Shown here one piece after another: positions 1 to 8,856 of a stretch of DNA of 64,000 nt. The notes under the pieces are model-generated. The model saw nothing but the letters and a program-made list of their open reading frames with translations, was not told where the DNA came from and made no database searches. Source of the DNA: Patescibacteria group bacterium (GTDB lineage Bacteria > Patescibacteriota > Patescibacteriia > UBA9934). Where the stretch lies: NCBI GenBank assembly GCA_018062825.1, contig JAGORL010000001.1:125432-189431 (forward strand), in the 5' to 3' direction. How positions within the stretch are numbered: the stretch's first letter is position 1; each line of letters starts with the position of its first letter. A program made the translations under genes and the position numbers.

Positions 1-1
1 A

Positions 2-985
2 GCCATGATTGAACTCGATGGCTCTGAGAACAAAAAGAATCTCGGAGCAAACGCTATTCTTGGTGTTTCCCTTGCTTTAGCTCATGCTGGAGCAAATAAA
101 GCCAAGATGCCGCTCTACTCGTATTTAAGAGATGCCTACGGTTTGTCATACAAGAAATTCTTACTACCAACACCGTTTTTAAATGTGTTTAATGGTGGTC
201 GGCACGCAGATACTAACCTCGACATGCAAGAGTTTATTATCGTGCCACACGGCCTAAAAACATTTTCCAAGAAGCTCCAGGCAGGAAGTGAGATTTTTCA
301 CGCACTCGGTGATGAGTTGCGGAAAGATGGTTTAGATACTGATGTAGGAAACGAAGGTGGCTATGCGCCAGACGTGGGTAAGACCGAGCAAGCGCTTGAA
401 TATCTCATGCGTGCCGTAAAGGCCGCAAAGTATAAACCGGAAAAAGAGATTAAGTTCGGTATCGATGTTGCGGCCAGTGAGTTTTTCGATGAACGAACTG
501 AGAAATACATTTTAAATACCGATCGTCGCAAGTTAACAGCCGATCAATTAATTGATCTGTACCGTGTCTGGATGAAGAAGTACCCAATGCTTTCCATTGA
601 AGACGGGCTCGCTGAAGATGAGTGGGAAAAGTGGCGTGAAATGACTGAGATCCTTGGTGAGGATTTGCTACTTGTTGGTGACGACCTTTTTGTTACCAAC
701 AAAGATCGTTTGCAAAAAGGTATCGATCTTGGCGTGGCAAATACTATTCTCATCAAGCCAAACCAGATAGGATCGCTGTCAGAGACCATTGAAACCATCG
801 TGCTAGCTCAAAAGAGTGGCTACGGCGTTGTGATCTCGCATCGTTCTGGGGAAACAACAGATACGACCATTGCCGATCTTGCCGTTGCGGTAAATGCTGA
901 GTACATCAAAACCGGTGCACCATCGCGTTCTGAGCGTTTGTGTAAGTACAATCGCTTGTTAGAAATTGAAGAAGAGCTCGGATAA
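2..985 (+). CDS. eno: enolase, C-terminal part (5' end lies upstream of window)
   Basis: ORF 5..985 ends with the enolase C-terminal signature (...SHRSGETTDTTIADLAVA...KTGAPSRSERL.KYNRLLEIEEEL); frame is open back to nt 2. Confidence 0.9.
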   Translation, partial: AMIELDGSENKKNLGANAILGVSLALAHAGANKAKMPLYSYLRDAYGLSYKKFLLPTPFLNVFNGGRHADTNLDMQEFIIVPHGLKTFSKKLQAGSEIFHALGDELRKDGLDTDVGNEGGYAPDVGKTEQALEYLMRAVKAAKYKPEKEIKFGIDVAASEFFDERTEKYILNTDRRKLTADQLIDLYRVWMKKYPMLSIEDGLAEDEWEKWREMTEILGEDLLLVGDDLFVTNKDRLQKGIDLGVANTILIKPNQIGSLSETIETIVLAQKSGYGVVISHRSGETTDTTIADLAVAVNAEYIKTGAPSRSERLCKYNRLLEIEEELG

Positions 986-995
986 CGAAATAGCT

Positions 996-1994
996 ATGGC
1001 AAATCTTGCGATTAACGGCTTTGGTCGTATTGGGCGTTGTGCGCTGCGCGTTGCTTGGAAAAATAAAGCAGTGCGTGTTGTTGGTATTAACGATCTCGGT
1101 TCGCCAGAGCAACTGGCTTACCTTTTAAAGTACGATTCAAATTACGGCACCTGGAATGCTGAGATTAAAGCTGAAGCTGGAGCGATCAGTATTGATGGCA
1201 TCAAGATTCCAGTTTTTGCTGAGAAAGAGCCGGCAAAATTGCCGTGGGCCAAGCTTGAGGTTGATGTTGTGCTTGAGTGTACGGGCGCGTTTCGTACCGA
1301 GGCCGCTGCGAGCGCGCATATTATGGCCGGCGCTAAACGGGTAGTGATCTCTGCTCCCGGTAAAGATGACAGTGTGCCAACATATGTGCGCGCCGTTAAT
1401 TGCGGGAAGGTAAAGGAAGAGAAGAAGGCCGTTATCAATAACGCTTCATGCACTACAAACTGCGTTGCTCCGGTAACAGCGGTTCTTGATGAAGTGTTTG
1501 GTATCGAGAAGGCGATCATGACTACAGTGCACGGCTATACCGCCTCCCAGGCGCTTGTTGATTCTGTGCGACCAGATTGGCGCGAGGGTCGAGCGGCTGC
1601 TGAAAATATGGTACCAACCACAACGGGTGCCGCTGTTGCCGTTACAAAAACCTTGCCGCAGTTGAAGGATCGTTTTCACGGCATCTCCATTCGCGTACCG
1701 CTTTCAACCGTCTCATTATCAGACATGGTTTTTCTCCTAAAAAAGAATGTCACTATTGATGAGGTCAATGCCGCGCTTGTGAAGGCATCAAAAACACCTC
1801 GCTTTAAAGGCGTGCTTGAAACGTCCGGGGAGCCACTCGTCTCTTCTGATTACATTGGTAACCCAGCATCAGCAACAGTGGATACGCAATTAACGCAGGT
1901 TGTTGACGGTAACCTCGTAAAGGTCGTTGCCTGGTACGACAACGAGTGGGGTTACGCCAATCGCCTGATCGAGATGGCGATCCTCGCGGCTTAG
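996..1994 (+). CDS. gap: glyceraldehyde-3-phosphate dehydrogenase
   Basis: ATG at 996 gives MANLAINGFGRIGR (NAD-binding GAPDH N-terminus); ASCTTNC active-site Cys motif; WYDNEWGY C-terminal motif; starts 11 nt after eno stop. Confidence 0.9.
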   Translation: MANLAINGFGRIGRCALRVAWKNKAVRVVGINDLGSPEQLAYLLKYDSNYGTWNAEIKAEAGAISIDGIKIPVFAEKEPAKLPWAKLEVDVVLECTGAFRTEAAASAHIMAGAKRVVISAPGKDDSVPTYVRAVNCGKVKEEKKAVINNASCTTNCVAPVTAVLDEVFGIEKAIMTTVHGYTASQALVDSVRPDWREGRAAAENMVPTTTGAAVAVTKTLPQLKDRFHGISIRVPLSTVSLSDMVFLLKKNVTIDEVNAALVKASKTPRFKGVLETSGEPLVSSDYIGNPASATVDTQLTQVVDGNLVKVVAWYDNEWGYANRLIEMAILAA

Positions 1995-2000
1995 GAAGCT

Positions 2001-2489
2001 ATGCGGGCACAGTCATCACTTAGTACGATTGCACGCACCGCACATGAGGGCGCCCTTGGCTTTTCACTTGTTGCAACGCGTGTCATGCTCGGACTTTCCT
2101 GCATAGCGCTTGGAAGCGGTATTGCATCAGCTTTTGCGAGCTCATGCTTTTGGCTACCAACACTTGTGAAGAGTTTAGATGCTTGTGGCGGGGTGGGGCT
2201 TGTATCAACCTCTGCATACCTGTGGTTAAGTGGCATGTTGCTTGTAGTGGGTCTCTTTGTACGACCGGTGAGTATCCTTTTGGGATTGAGTTTAATCGCT
2301 ATCCTTATCGCGCAAGTACTTAACCTCCCGCTTATTGCGGCGCCACAACTAGCGGATGCCTCATGGCTCATGGTGGTAGTGAGCGGGGTTATTGCTACCG
2401 GCGGCTCTGGAAACATTTACGGACTCAACGGCCTTTTGTACCGCAATATGCGGCGTCACACATTTTTGAGCCGTTTCTTTTTAGGCTAG
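2001..2489 (+). CDS. hypothetical polytopic membrane protein (possibly DoxX-like)
   Basis: 162 aa ORF with 4 hydrophobic helices; ends exactly where the next gene starts (2492). Confidence 0.4.
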   Translation: MRAQSSLSTIARTAHEGALGFSLVATRVMLGLSCIALGSGIASAFASSCFWLPTLVKSLDACGGVGLVSTSAYLWLSGMLLVVGLFVRPVSILLGLSLIAILIAQVLNLPLIAAPQLADASWLMVVVSGVIATGGSGNIYGLNGLLYRNMRRHTFLSRFFLG

Positions 2490-2491
2490 TT

Positions 2492-3718
2492 ATGAAAAAG
2501 TACCGCATGGTTGTTGTTGGCGGCGGTTTTGCTGGCCTGACATTGGCACGCACACTAGCGGCTGATGCAAAATGTGAAGTAACACTTATCGACGCAAGCG
2601 ATCATCAAGTCTATACACCATGGCTTTACGAGATCGTCGCAGGAGGATTAAAAAATGCCGAAAGTTACATTAAGAAACTCACACAGGGTGCACGCATTCC
2701 TTTAAAAAGCACGTGTCAGCAGTTTGGAATTAAATTTCGACAGGGGAGGGTGATAAGCGTAGACCGCGATCGAAAAGAGGTGCGCTTCCAGGATGGATTA
2801 ACGCTCGCATACGATACGCTTATTTTTGCTTGCGGGGTTCAAGCAGATGACTTTGGCATTGAAGGCGTGCAAGAGCATACGCTCATGTTAAAAAGCCTTG
2901 CGGATGCTACGAAAGCTCAGCACGCCGTAAGACTTTGCGCTCAAGAGGCGCTAGCTGGAAAGCCGCAAACGGTACTTGTGTGTGGCGCGGGGCCAAACGG
3001 CGTTGAATGTAGCGCAGAGATTGCGCATGCCGCTAAAGCTCTCGGTATAAGATCGCTCAGAGTGCTCCTTCTTGAAGGAGCAGATCGCCCACTAAAGAGT
3101 GCTGATCCAAAGCTAAGCGCCGATGCCCTGTGGCGCTTGAAGTCCTTGGGCGTGGAGGTGATATGCGGGGCAAGGTTAATGTCTTGCCGATCAAATCTTG
3201 CAATCGTAAAGAAAAACGATCAAGAATCGCATATTGCATTTGATACGTGTCTCTTTACTGCAGGTACTAAGCCGCATGATTTTGTTCGTAGTCTTGGCTT
3301 GGCGCTTTCCCCGCGCGGCAGAATTCTGACCGACGGCACATTTCAAGTGCAGGGAGAGGCGCATATATATGCACTTGGCGATTGCGCCGCGATGATGACT
3401 TCGGAAATAGATGCACTACCACAAACTGCGCAAGCCGCGCATGAGCAGGCATCGTTTTTTGGCCGTGAGCTCTTGCGCGCTGTGCGTGGCGGCACTATGC
3501 GCGTCTATCAACCGCCAAAACAGTGGTATGTAGCTGTTGCTGTCGGTGGAAAGTATGCCGTAGCTGATCTTAAAGTTTGGCGGACTTCAGGGTATTTAGG
3601 TTTCTTGCTTCGTCGTATCGCAGACGTGCGGTATTATTACGCTATCTTGCCGTGGCACGAGGCATCAATACGACTTATTCGTTCGCTGGCGCTTTACAAT
3701 AAAAATGATCACGCATAA
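2492..3718 (+). CDS. ndh: type II NADH dehydrogenase-like FAD/NAD(P)-binding oxidoreductase
   Basis: MKKYRMVVVGGGFAGLTLA Rossmann GxGxxG at the ATG (2492); second dinucleotide motif LVCGAGPNGVE; GDCA motif. Confidence 0.7.
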   Translation: MKKYRMVVVGGGFAGLTLARTLAADAKCEVTLIDASDHQVYTPWLYEIVAGGLKNAESYIKKLTQGARIPLKSTCQQFGIKFRQGRVISVDRDRKEVRFQDGLTLAYDTLIFACGVQADDFGIEGVQEHTLMLKSLADATKAQHAVRLCAQEALAGKPQTVLVCGAGPNGVECSAEIAHAAKALGIRSLRVLLLEGADRPLKSADPKLSADALWRLKSLGVEVICGARLMSCRSNLAIVKKNDQESHIAFDTCLFTAGTKPHDFVRSLGLALSPRGRILTDGTFQVQGEAHIYALGDCAAMMTSEIDALPQTAQAAHEQASFFGRELLRAVRGGTMRVYQPPKQWYVAVAVGGKYAVADLKVWRTSGYLGFLLRRIADVRYYYAILPWHEASIRLIRSLALYNKNDHA

Positions 3719-3722
3719 CGCT

Positions 3723-4859
3723 ATGAGTGAGCTTCCGGTGTGGAAAGAGAAGGTGCATGTAAGCGTCGGAACCCGCGTTATTTTACGTTTAGACCTCAAC
3801 TTACCGAAAGGAAGTACTGCGGCCATGAAGAAATCCTGGCGGTTGCAAAAAGCGCTAGAAGAGGTGCGTCGTTTGCAAAAAGCTAAGGCTCGTACGCTTA
3901 TCGTTGCGCATCTTGGTGATCCTGCTGGAAAAAAAGTTGCTGAACTTTCGTTAAAAAGTTTTGCGCCGTTACTAAAATCAGTCCTTAAAACACCAGTAAA
4001 ATTTGCCGAAGCCTATACCGGCAAGAAAAATACCGAAATCTTTGAGAGTCTTGAGGATGGCGGCGTGGCACTTGCTGAGAATCTTCGCTTCTTTTCCGGT
4101 GAAGAAAAAAACGATGATCGCTTTGCCTCGCAGTTGGCAAGTGGCGCTGAAGTCTACATAAACAACGCCTTTAGCGTATGTCACCGTAAGCATGCTTCGG
4201 TGTTTGCAATTACGAGGCACCTGCCAAGTTTTGCAGGTAGCTTGCTTATTGAAGAGATCGAGGCTCTAGTAAAGCCACTCAAGCACCCATTTGTTCTTGT
4301 CGTCGGTGGCGCTAAGATTGCAACCAAGTTACCACTCCTCGAGCGCTTGGGGCCGACGGCTGACAAGATTATTATCGGCGGCGGGCCGGCAACAAGCATG
4401 CTCACTGCAACCAAAGTGACGCTCCCAGCCTACCCAAAGGCCTTTATAACAGATGACGCATTGCGTTCGGCTGGGCGAATTTATCGTCGATTTTACAAAA
4501 AGATCGTGTTACCAATTGATCTTGTCGCCGATCCAGATAAGCAGATTATCTTTGATCATGGCCCTCTTTCCATAAAGGCTTTTACCGCTGCACTAAAGGG
4601 CGCAAAAACCGTTATTTGGAATGGGCCATTTGGAATCATTGAGAAAAAACAGGGAGAGGCAGCTACCCGAGCCTTTGCCCAGGCCCTAGCAAAGCAAAAG
4701 GGTCTTCAGGTGCTTGTAGGTGGGGGAGAGACGGTCGACGCCATTCTCGATGCTGGCGTTGAAAAAAAGATGACGCATCTTTCAACGGGCGGTGGGGCGA
4801 TGTTGGCGTTTTTAGCTGGTGATCCGCTTCCGGGCCTAGTGGCGCTTGATCAAGGGTAG
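3723..4859 (+). CDS. pgk: phosphoglycerate kinase
   Basis: PGK motifs (RLDLN.P, VAHLGDP, ENLRFF..E, GGGETV..., LSTGGGA.L); ATG at 3723. Confidence 0.9.
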   Translation: MSELPVWKEKVHVSVGTRVILRLDLNLPKGSTAAMKKSWRLQKALEEVRRLQKAKARTLIVAHLGDPAGKKVAELSLKSFAPLLKSVLKTPVKFAEAYTGKKNTEIFESLEDGGVALAENLRFFSGEEKNDDRFASQLASGAEVYINNAFSVCHRKHASVFAITRHLPSFAGSLLIEEIEALVKPLKHPFVLVVGGAKIATKLPLLERLGPTADKIIIGGGPATSMLTATKVTLPAYPKAFITDDALRSAGRIYRRFYKKIVLPIDLVADPDKQIIFDHGPLSIKAFTAALKGAKTVIWNGPFGIIEKKQGEAATRAFAQALAKQKGLQVLVGGGETVDAILDAGVEKKMTHLSTGGGAMLAFLAGDPLPGLVALDQG

Positions 4860-4902
4860 ACATTGCTTTTTTCATTTTTTCCTGGTAGTCTTTCTATCAT
4901 CT

Positions 4903-5529
4903 ATGCCTCTTTTTGGACGTTCGGGCACCGAAGCGCGGTCCGAAGCGCTTGAACGCGCTCTTGGGCCCGTTGGGGGAGCAATTGCAGTTTTTGTTCTAGA
5001 AATTGTACAAATTGCCGTACTAGCGCTCGCTATCATCATCCCGGTCCGCTATTTCTTGGTTCAGCCTTTCATTGTAAAGGGTGCATCAATGGAGCCGAAC
5101 TTTCACGAGAACGAGTACCTTATTATCGATGAACTCTCCTATCGATTCCGTGAGCCAATGCGCGGAGAGGTGGTGGTGTTCCATCCGCCAGGCAATGATG
5201 ACGTCTTTTATATCAAGCGTGTCATCGGTCTACCAGGAGAAACCGTCGAGATCAAAGACGGTGAAATCACTATTTCAAACAGCGAGTTTCCAAACGGGAT
5301 AGAGATCGACGAAGAATACATTGAAGACTTTACCTCTGGCTTGCAAGTCGTTACACTCGGCCCCGACGAATTCTATCTTCTTGGGGATAACCGAGACGCT
5401 AGTCTCGATAGCCGCTTTATCGGCGCTATTCCAAGGGATCATCTCACAGGTAGGGTATGGTTACGCGGCCTGCCGCTTGATAAGATCGGCTCCTTCTCAG
5501 TCCCTGATTACGAACTCCTCTCATTATGA
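4903..5529 (+). CDS. lepB: signal peptidase I
   Basis: S26 boxes: GASMEPN (Ser box), YIKRVIGLPGE (Lys box), GDNRDASLDSRFIG; N-terminal TM helix. Confidence 0.85.
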   Translation: MPLFGRSGTEARSEALERALGPVGGAIAVFVLEIVQIAVLALAIIIPVRYFLVQPFIVKGASMEPNFHENEYLIIDELSYRFREPMRGEVVVFHPPGNDDVFYIKRVIGLPGETVEIKDGEITISNSEFPNGIEIDEEYIEDFTSGLQVVTLGPDEFYLLGDNRDASLDSRFIGAIPRDHLTGRVWLRGLPLDKIGSFSVPDYELLSL

Positions 5530-6896
5530 GCATGAAAGCTCCAGCAAAGGTTGAAAAACCAAAGGTAGAAAAAGAAAAGCCGGCAAGTAAGAAGTCCAAG
5601 GTGCCAGAAACGCTCCGTGGCTTTCGTGATGTTCTGCCAGATGAGCAAAATGCCTGGGATGCCGCTGAGGCTTCCATGCGCTCTTTAAGTCGAGCCTACG
5701 GCTTTGGTCGTATTCGCTTGCCAGCCCTTGAGCAGACGGTACTTTTTGAGCGCGGTGTTGGTAAGGAGACCGATATCGTCGAAAAAGAAATGTTTACCTT
5801 TGTTGATCAAGGTGGAACACGCGTAACGCTTCGCCCTGAGGGTACCGCGCAAGTTGCTCGCGCATACATTGAGCACGGCATGCTCAATCAGCCACAGCCA
5901 GTAAAGCTCTGGTACGTTGAGCCAATGTTCCGCCACGAGCGCCCGCAAGCCGGTCGTTACCGCCAGTTTTGGCAGTTTGGTCTTGAGGCAATTGGGTCCG
6001 ATGATCCAATTCTTGACGCACAAATGATTCTTATCGCACACCGTTTCTGTAAGGATCTTGGTGTTGAAACAGTCATTAGCATCAATTCTTTAGGAACTGC
6101 AGCCTCACGTAAGGCGTATACAGCGGAGCTCGTAAAGTTCTTGAAAACGAACAAGAAAAAATTGTCAGATACTGATCAGAAGCGTCTCGCGCGCAACCCG
6201 CTACGCGTTCTTGACTCCAAGGAGCCAGGCATGGCTGAGCTACTTACTGAAGCTCCGCAGATCGTAGACTTCCTTGATGAGGATTCAAAGGCGCACTTCA
6301 TGCGTGTTCTGGAATATCTTGATGAAGCCGAGGTTCCATACCACTTAAATCCACATTTGGTGCGTGGTCTTGATTACTACACAAAAACAGTTTTTGAGGT
6401 GCTTCCGGTGCAAGGCGCAGATGAATCGGCCCAAACCGCTCTAGGTGGCGGAGGTCGCTATGATGGCCTTATTCAGCTCTTTGGTGGCCGCGAGAACACG
6501 AGCGCTGTAGGTTGTGCCATGGGCATCGAGCGCGTTATCAATGCAGCAAAGGCTGCGGGTAAGTCGCCTGAGAGCCGCCGACGTGCCGAGGTTTTCTTCT
6601 GTCAGCTAGGTGACGCCGCTCGCCGTAAAGGCATGAAGATTTACGAAGGCTTCCGTGAGGCCGGCGTAGACGTTGCCGAGGCTTTTGCCAAGGGTAACTT
6701 AAAGGGTCAGTTAGAAATTGCTGATAAGGTAAAGGCGCCAATTGCCGTTATCTTAGGGCAGAAAGAGGTTCTTGATGGTACGATTATCATCCGTGACATG
6801 GAATCCGGAGCTCAGGAAATCGTGGATGCCCAAAAGGTTGTGAGTATTGTGGCAAAACGCCTGCAGGACATGAAGGATAAAGCTAGGGGCATGTAG
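5526..6896 (+). CDS. hisS: histidyl-tRNA synthetase with Lys-rich N-terminal extension
   Basis: class II HisRS motifs (LRGFRDVLP, FRHERPQAGRYRQFWQ, GGGRYDGL); 4-nt overlap with lepB stop. Confidence 0.9.
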   Translation: MSMKAPAKVEKPKVEKEKPASKKSKVPETLRGFRDVLPDEQNAWDAAEASMRSLSRAYGFGRIRLPALEQTVLFERGVGKETDIVEKEMFTFVDQGGTRVTLRPEGTAQVARAYIEHGMLNQPQPVKLWYVEPMFRHERPQAGRYRQFWQFGLEAIGSDDPILDAQMILIAHRFCKDLGVETVISINSLGTAASRKAYTAELVKFLKTNKKKLSDTDQKRLARNPLRVLDSKEPGMAELLTEAPQIVDFLDEDSKAHFMRVLEYLDEAEVPYHLNPHLVRGLDYYTKTVFEVLPVQGADESAQTALGGGGRYDGLIQLFGGRENTSAVGCAMGIERVINAAKAAGKSPESRRRAEVFFCQLGDAARRKGMKIYEGFREAGVDVAEAFAKGNLKGQLEIADKVKAPIAVILGQKEVLDGTIIIRDMESGAQEIVDAQKVVSIVAKRLQDMKDKARGM

Positions 6897-6961
6897 CTTT
6901 ACAGGGTAAAAAGATTCTGATACACTGCCGCCAACCTAAAAAGGAAGGTGAAAAAAATACT

Positions 6962-7207
6962 GTGGCAACTCAAATTGAAGCAAAACGAAAGAAAGGGGAG
7001 AGCTTTGAGGCGTTATTCCGCCGTTTTTCCCGTCGTTTCCAGCAAAGCGGCAAGGCACTCGATGTGCGTGCTTCCCGTTTCTTTGCAAAGAAACCAAACC
7101 ACACCAAAGTCCAAGATAGCGCTATTCGCCGCTTGGAGATCGGTGAGAAGCGTGAATACATGCTAAAGACCGGTAAGATCCGTGAAGAAGATCTTCGCCG
7201 CCGCTAA
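6962..7207 (+). CDS. rpsU: 30S ribosomal protein S21 (GTG start)
   Basis: basic 81 aa protein ...FEALFRRFSRRFQQSGK... typical of S21; AGGAAGGTG Shine-Dalgarno 8 nt upstream. Confidence 0.8.
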   Translation: MATQIEAKRKKGESFEALFRRFSRRFQQSGKALDVRASRFFAKKPNHTKVQDSAIRRLEIGEKREYMLKTGKIREEDLRRR

Positions 7208-7210
7208 GAA

Positions 7211-7241
7211 AAAGTCCCGCTCCTGCGGGATTTTTTCTTTT
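7211..7241 (+). terminator. rho-independent terminator after rpsU
   Basis: GTCCCGCTCCTGCGGGAT hairpin followed by TTTTTTCTTTTCT. Confidence 0.7.
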
Positions 7242-7260
7242 CTGCTACAGTATTCTCACT

Positions 7261-7704
7261 ATGTCCCTCCACGCCAAACTCAAAGACGACATGAAAGTCG
7301 CCATGAAGGAAAAGAATGCTACGACACTCTCCGTTATTCGCATGGTGCTCGCCTCAATTACCAACAAGGCCATTGAGCTTGGTCACGAACTCGAAGATGC
7401 GGATATCATGGCTGTTATTAAAAGTGATGCAAAAAAGATTCAGGATTCATTTGAGTCATTTTCACAAAACGCTCGCGAGGACTTGGCTACCAAGGCTAAG
7501 GAAGAGTTAGATATTATTAAAAAGTATTTACCAGAACAGATAACAGACGGTGAATTAGAAAAGATCGTACGTGAAAAGTTAACTGAACTTTCAGTGAACG
7601 CTAAGGAGCAGGCCGGCAAAGCAATTGGCGTTATTATGAAAGAACTCCAAGGGAAGGCAGATGGCAGTCGGGTGAAAAAGATGATTGACGATATCCTAAA
7701 ATAA
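7261..7704 (+). CDS. yqeY: GatB/YqeY domain protein
   Basis: 147 aa, full-length match to YqeY family pattern (L..D.K.AMK.K......R.....I.N..IE...EL.D.....V...AKK...S...F..). Confidence 0.85.
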   Translation: MSLHAKLKDDMKVAMKEKNATTLSVIRMVLASITNKAIELGHELEDADIMAVIKSDAKKIQDSFESFSQNAREDLATKAKEELDIIKKYLPEQITDGELEKIVREKLTELSVNAKEQAGKAIGVIMKELQGKADGSRVKKMIDDILK

Positions 7705-7707
7705 ACT

Positions 7708-8829
7708 GTGCACCGCGCGATACTAGCTGATGTTGTTTCTTACAAGATGCCAAAAGAAGAGGCGCTTGTTCGCATGCGTGAACTTGATGAGCTCACGCGT
7801 ACGTACGGCGGCCTAACGGTTGTTGAATCCCTTCAGCGCCGAGCCCAGCCAGATCACCGGACGTTTATCGGTAAGGGAAAAGTTGACCTTCTTGTACAGC
7901 AAGCGCCAAAACTTGGCGCCACACTTTTGGTAGTCAATGAGATATTAAAGCCGCAACAAATCTTTAACCTAGAAGAGGCTTTTCGGCCCGTGAAGGTGCA
8001 GGTATGGGATCGTATTGATCTCATCTTGCATATCTTTGATCGTCATGCCACAAGCGCTGAAGCAAAGCTGCAGATCGAACTCGCTCGTTTGCGTCACATG
8101 GGTCCGCGTATTTACAACCTTGGAAGTCAGCTCGGTCGCCAACGCGGCGGCACGGGTACACGTGGTGGCTCGGGTGAGGGAAATACGGAGGCCATGAAGC
8201 GGCACATGAAAGAACAGGAGCGCCGTATTTTGCAGAAACTGCGTTCATACGAAAGCTTGCGTGGTGAGCAGCGCAAGAACCGCAAGCGTAATGATTTGCA
8301 AACCGTTGCGCTCGTTGGCTATACAAATGCCGGTAAAACCTCGCTTTTGAATGCGCTTACCAACAAGAAAGAGCTGGCGGAAGATAAGTTATTCGCAACT
8401 CTTGATACGCGTATTGGCGAGTTGTACCTGAAGTCACAAGCTCGCTCGGTACTGCTATCAGACACGATCGGTTTTATTCGCGACTTGCCACCTCAGCTCA
8501 TCGAAGCCTTTCGATCCACCCTCTCTGAGGCGGTGAATGCGGATCTGCTGCTGCACGTTATCGATGCTGCTGATCCGGAGCTTGAGGCCAAGATCGGTGT
8601 CGTTGAGGACGTACTTGGTCAATTACAAGTTTTAGAGCATCCGCGTTTGCGGATTTTGACCAAGGCCGATCTACTCACGCCTGCGCAAAAAAAGACGTTT
8701 AGTAAAGAGATTTTAGTCTCTTCAGTGACAGGTTCTGGATTTGATCGACTCGATAGTGCGATAAGTGATGCGTTGTCCCCAGTCCGAAACGGGGAAGTGC
8801 GCCAAGATTGGAGTAAAATAGAGGCGTAG
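7708..8829 (+). CDS. hflX: GTPase HflX
   Basis: HflX N-domain, glycine-rich GTGGGSGEGNTE loop, G1 VALVGYTNAGKTSLLNALT, G3 DTIGF; GTG start directly after yqeY stop. Confidence 0.85.
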   Translation: MHRAILADVVSYKMPKEEALVRMRELDELTRTYGGLTVVESLQRRAQPDHRTFIGKGKVDLLVQQAPKLGATLLVVNEILKPQQIFNLEEAFRPVKVQVWDRIDLILHIFDRHATSAEAKLQIELARLRHMGPRIYNLGSQLGRQRGGTGTRGGSGEGNTEAMKRHMKEQERRILQKLRSYESLRGEQRKNRKRNDLQTVALVGYTNAGKTSLLNALTNKKELAEDKLFATLDTRIGELYLKSQARSVLLSDTIGFIRDLPPQLIEAFRSTLSEAVNADLLLHVIDAADPELEAKIGVVEDVLGQLQVLEHPRLRILTKADLLTPAQKKTFSKEILVSSVTGSGFDRLDSAISDALSPVRNGEVRQDWSKIEA

Positions 8830-8856
8830 CACAACTCGTGCACGCCTCTTTTTTTG
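8821..8856 (+). terminator. hairpin + T7 overlapping hflX stop
   Basis: GAGGCGT-agcacaactcgtgc-ACGCCTC followed by TTTTTTT; sits only ~10 nt before the next gene start. Confidence 0.5.

Noticed and set aside
5081-5302. Nested ORFs inside lepB, pgk, hisS, pyk and others (e.g. 3978-4220 -, 5081-5302 +, 5685-6041 -)
   Set aside because: Short, embedded in strongly supported genes, no independent signals.
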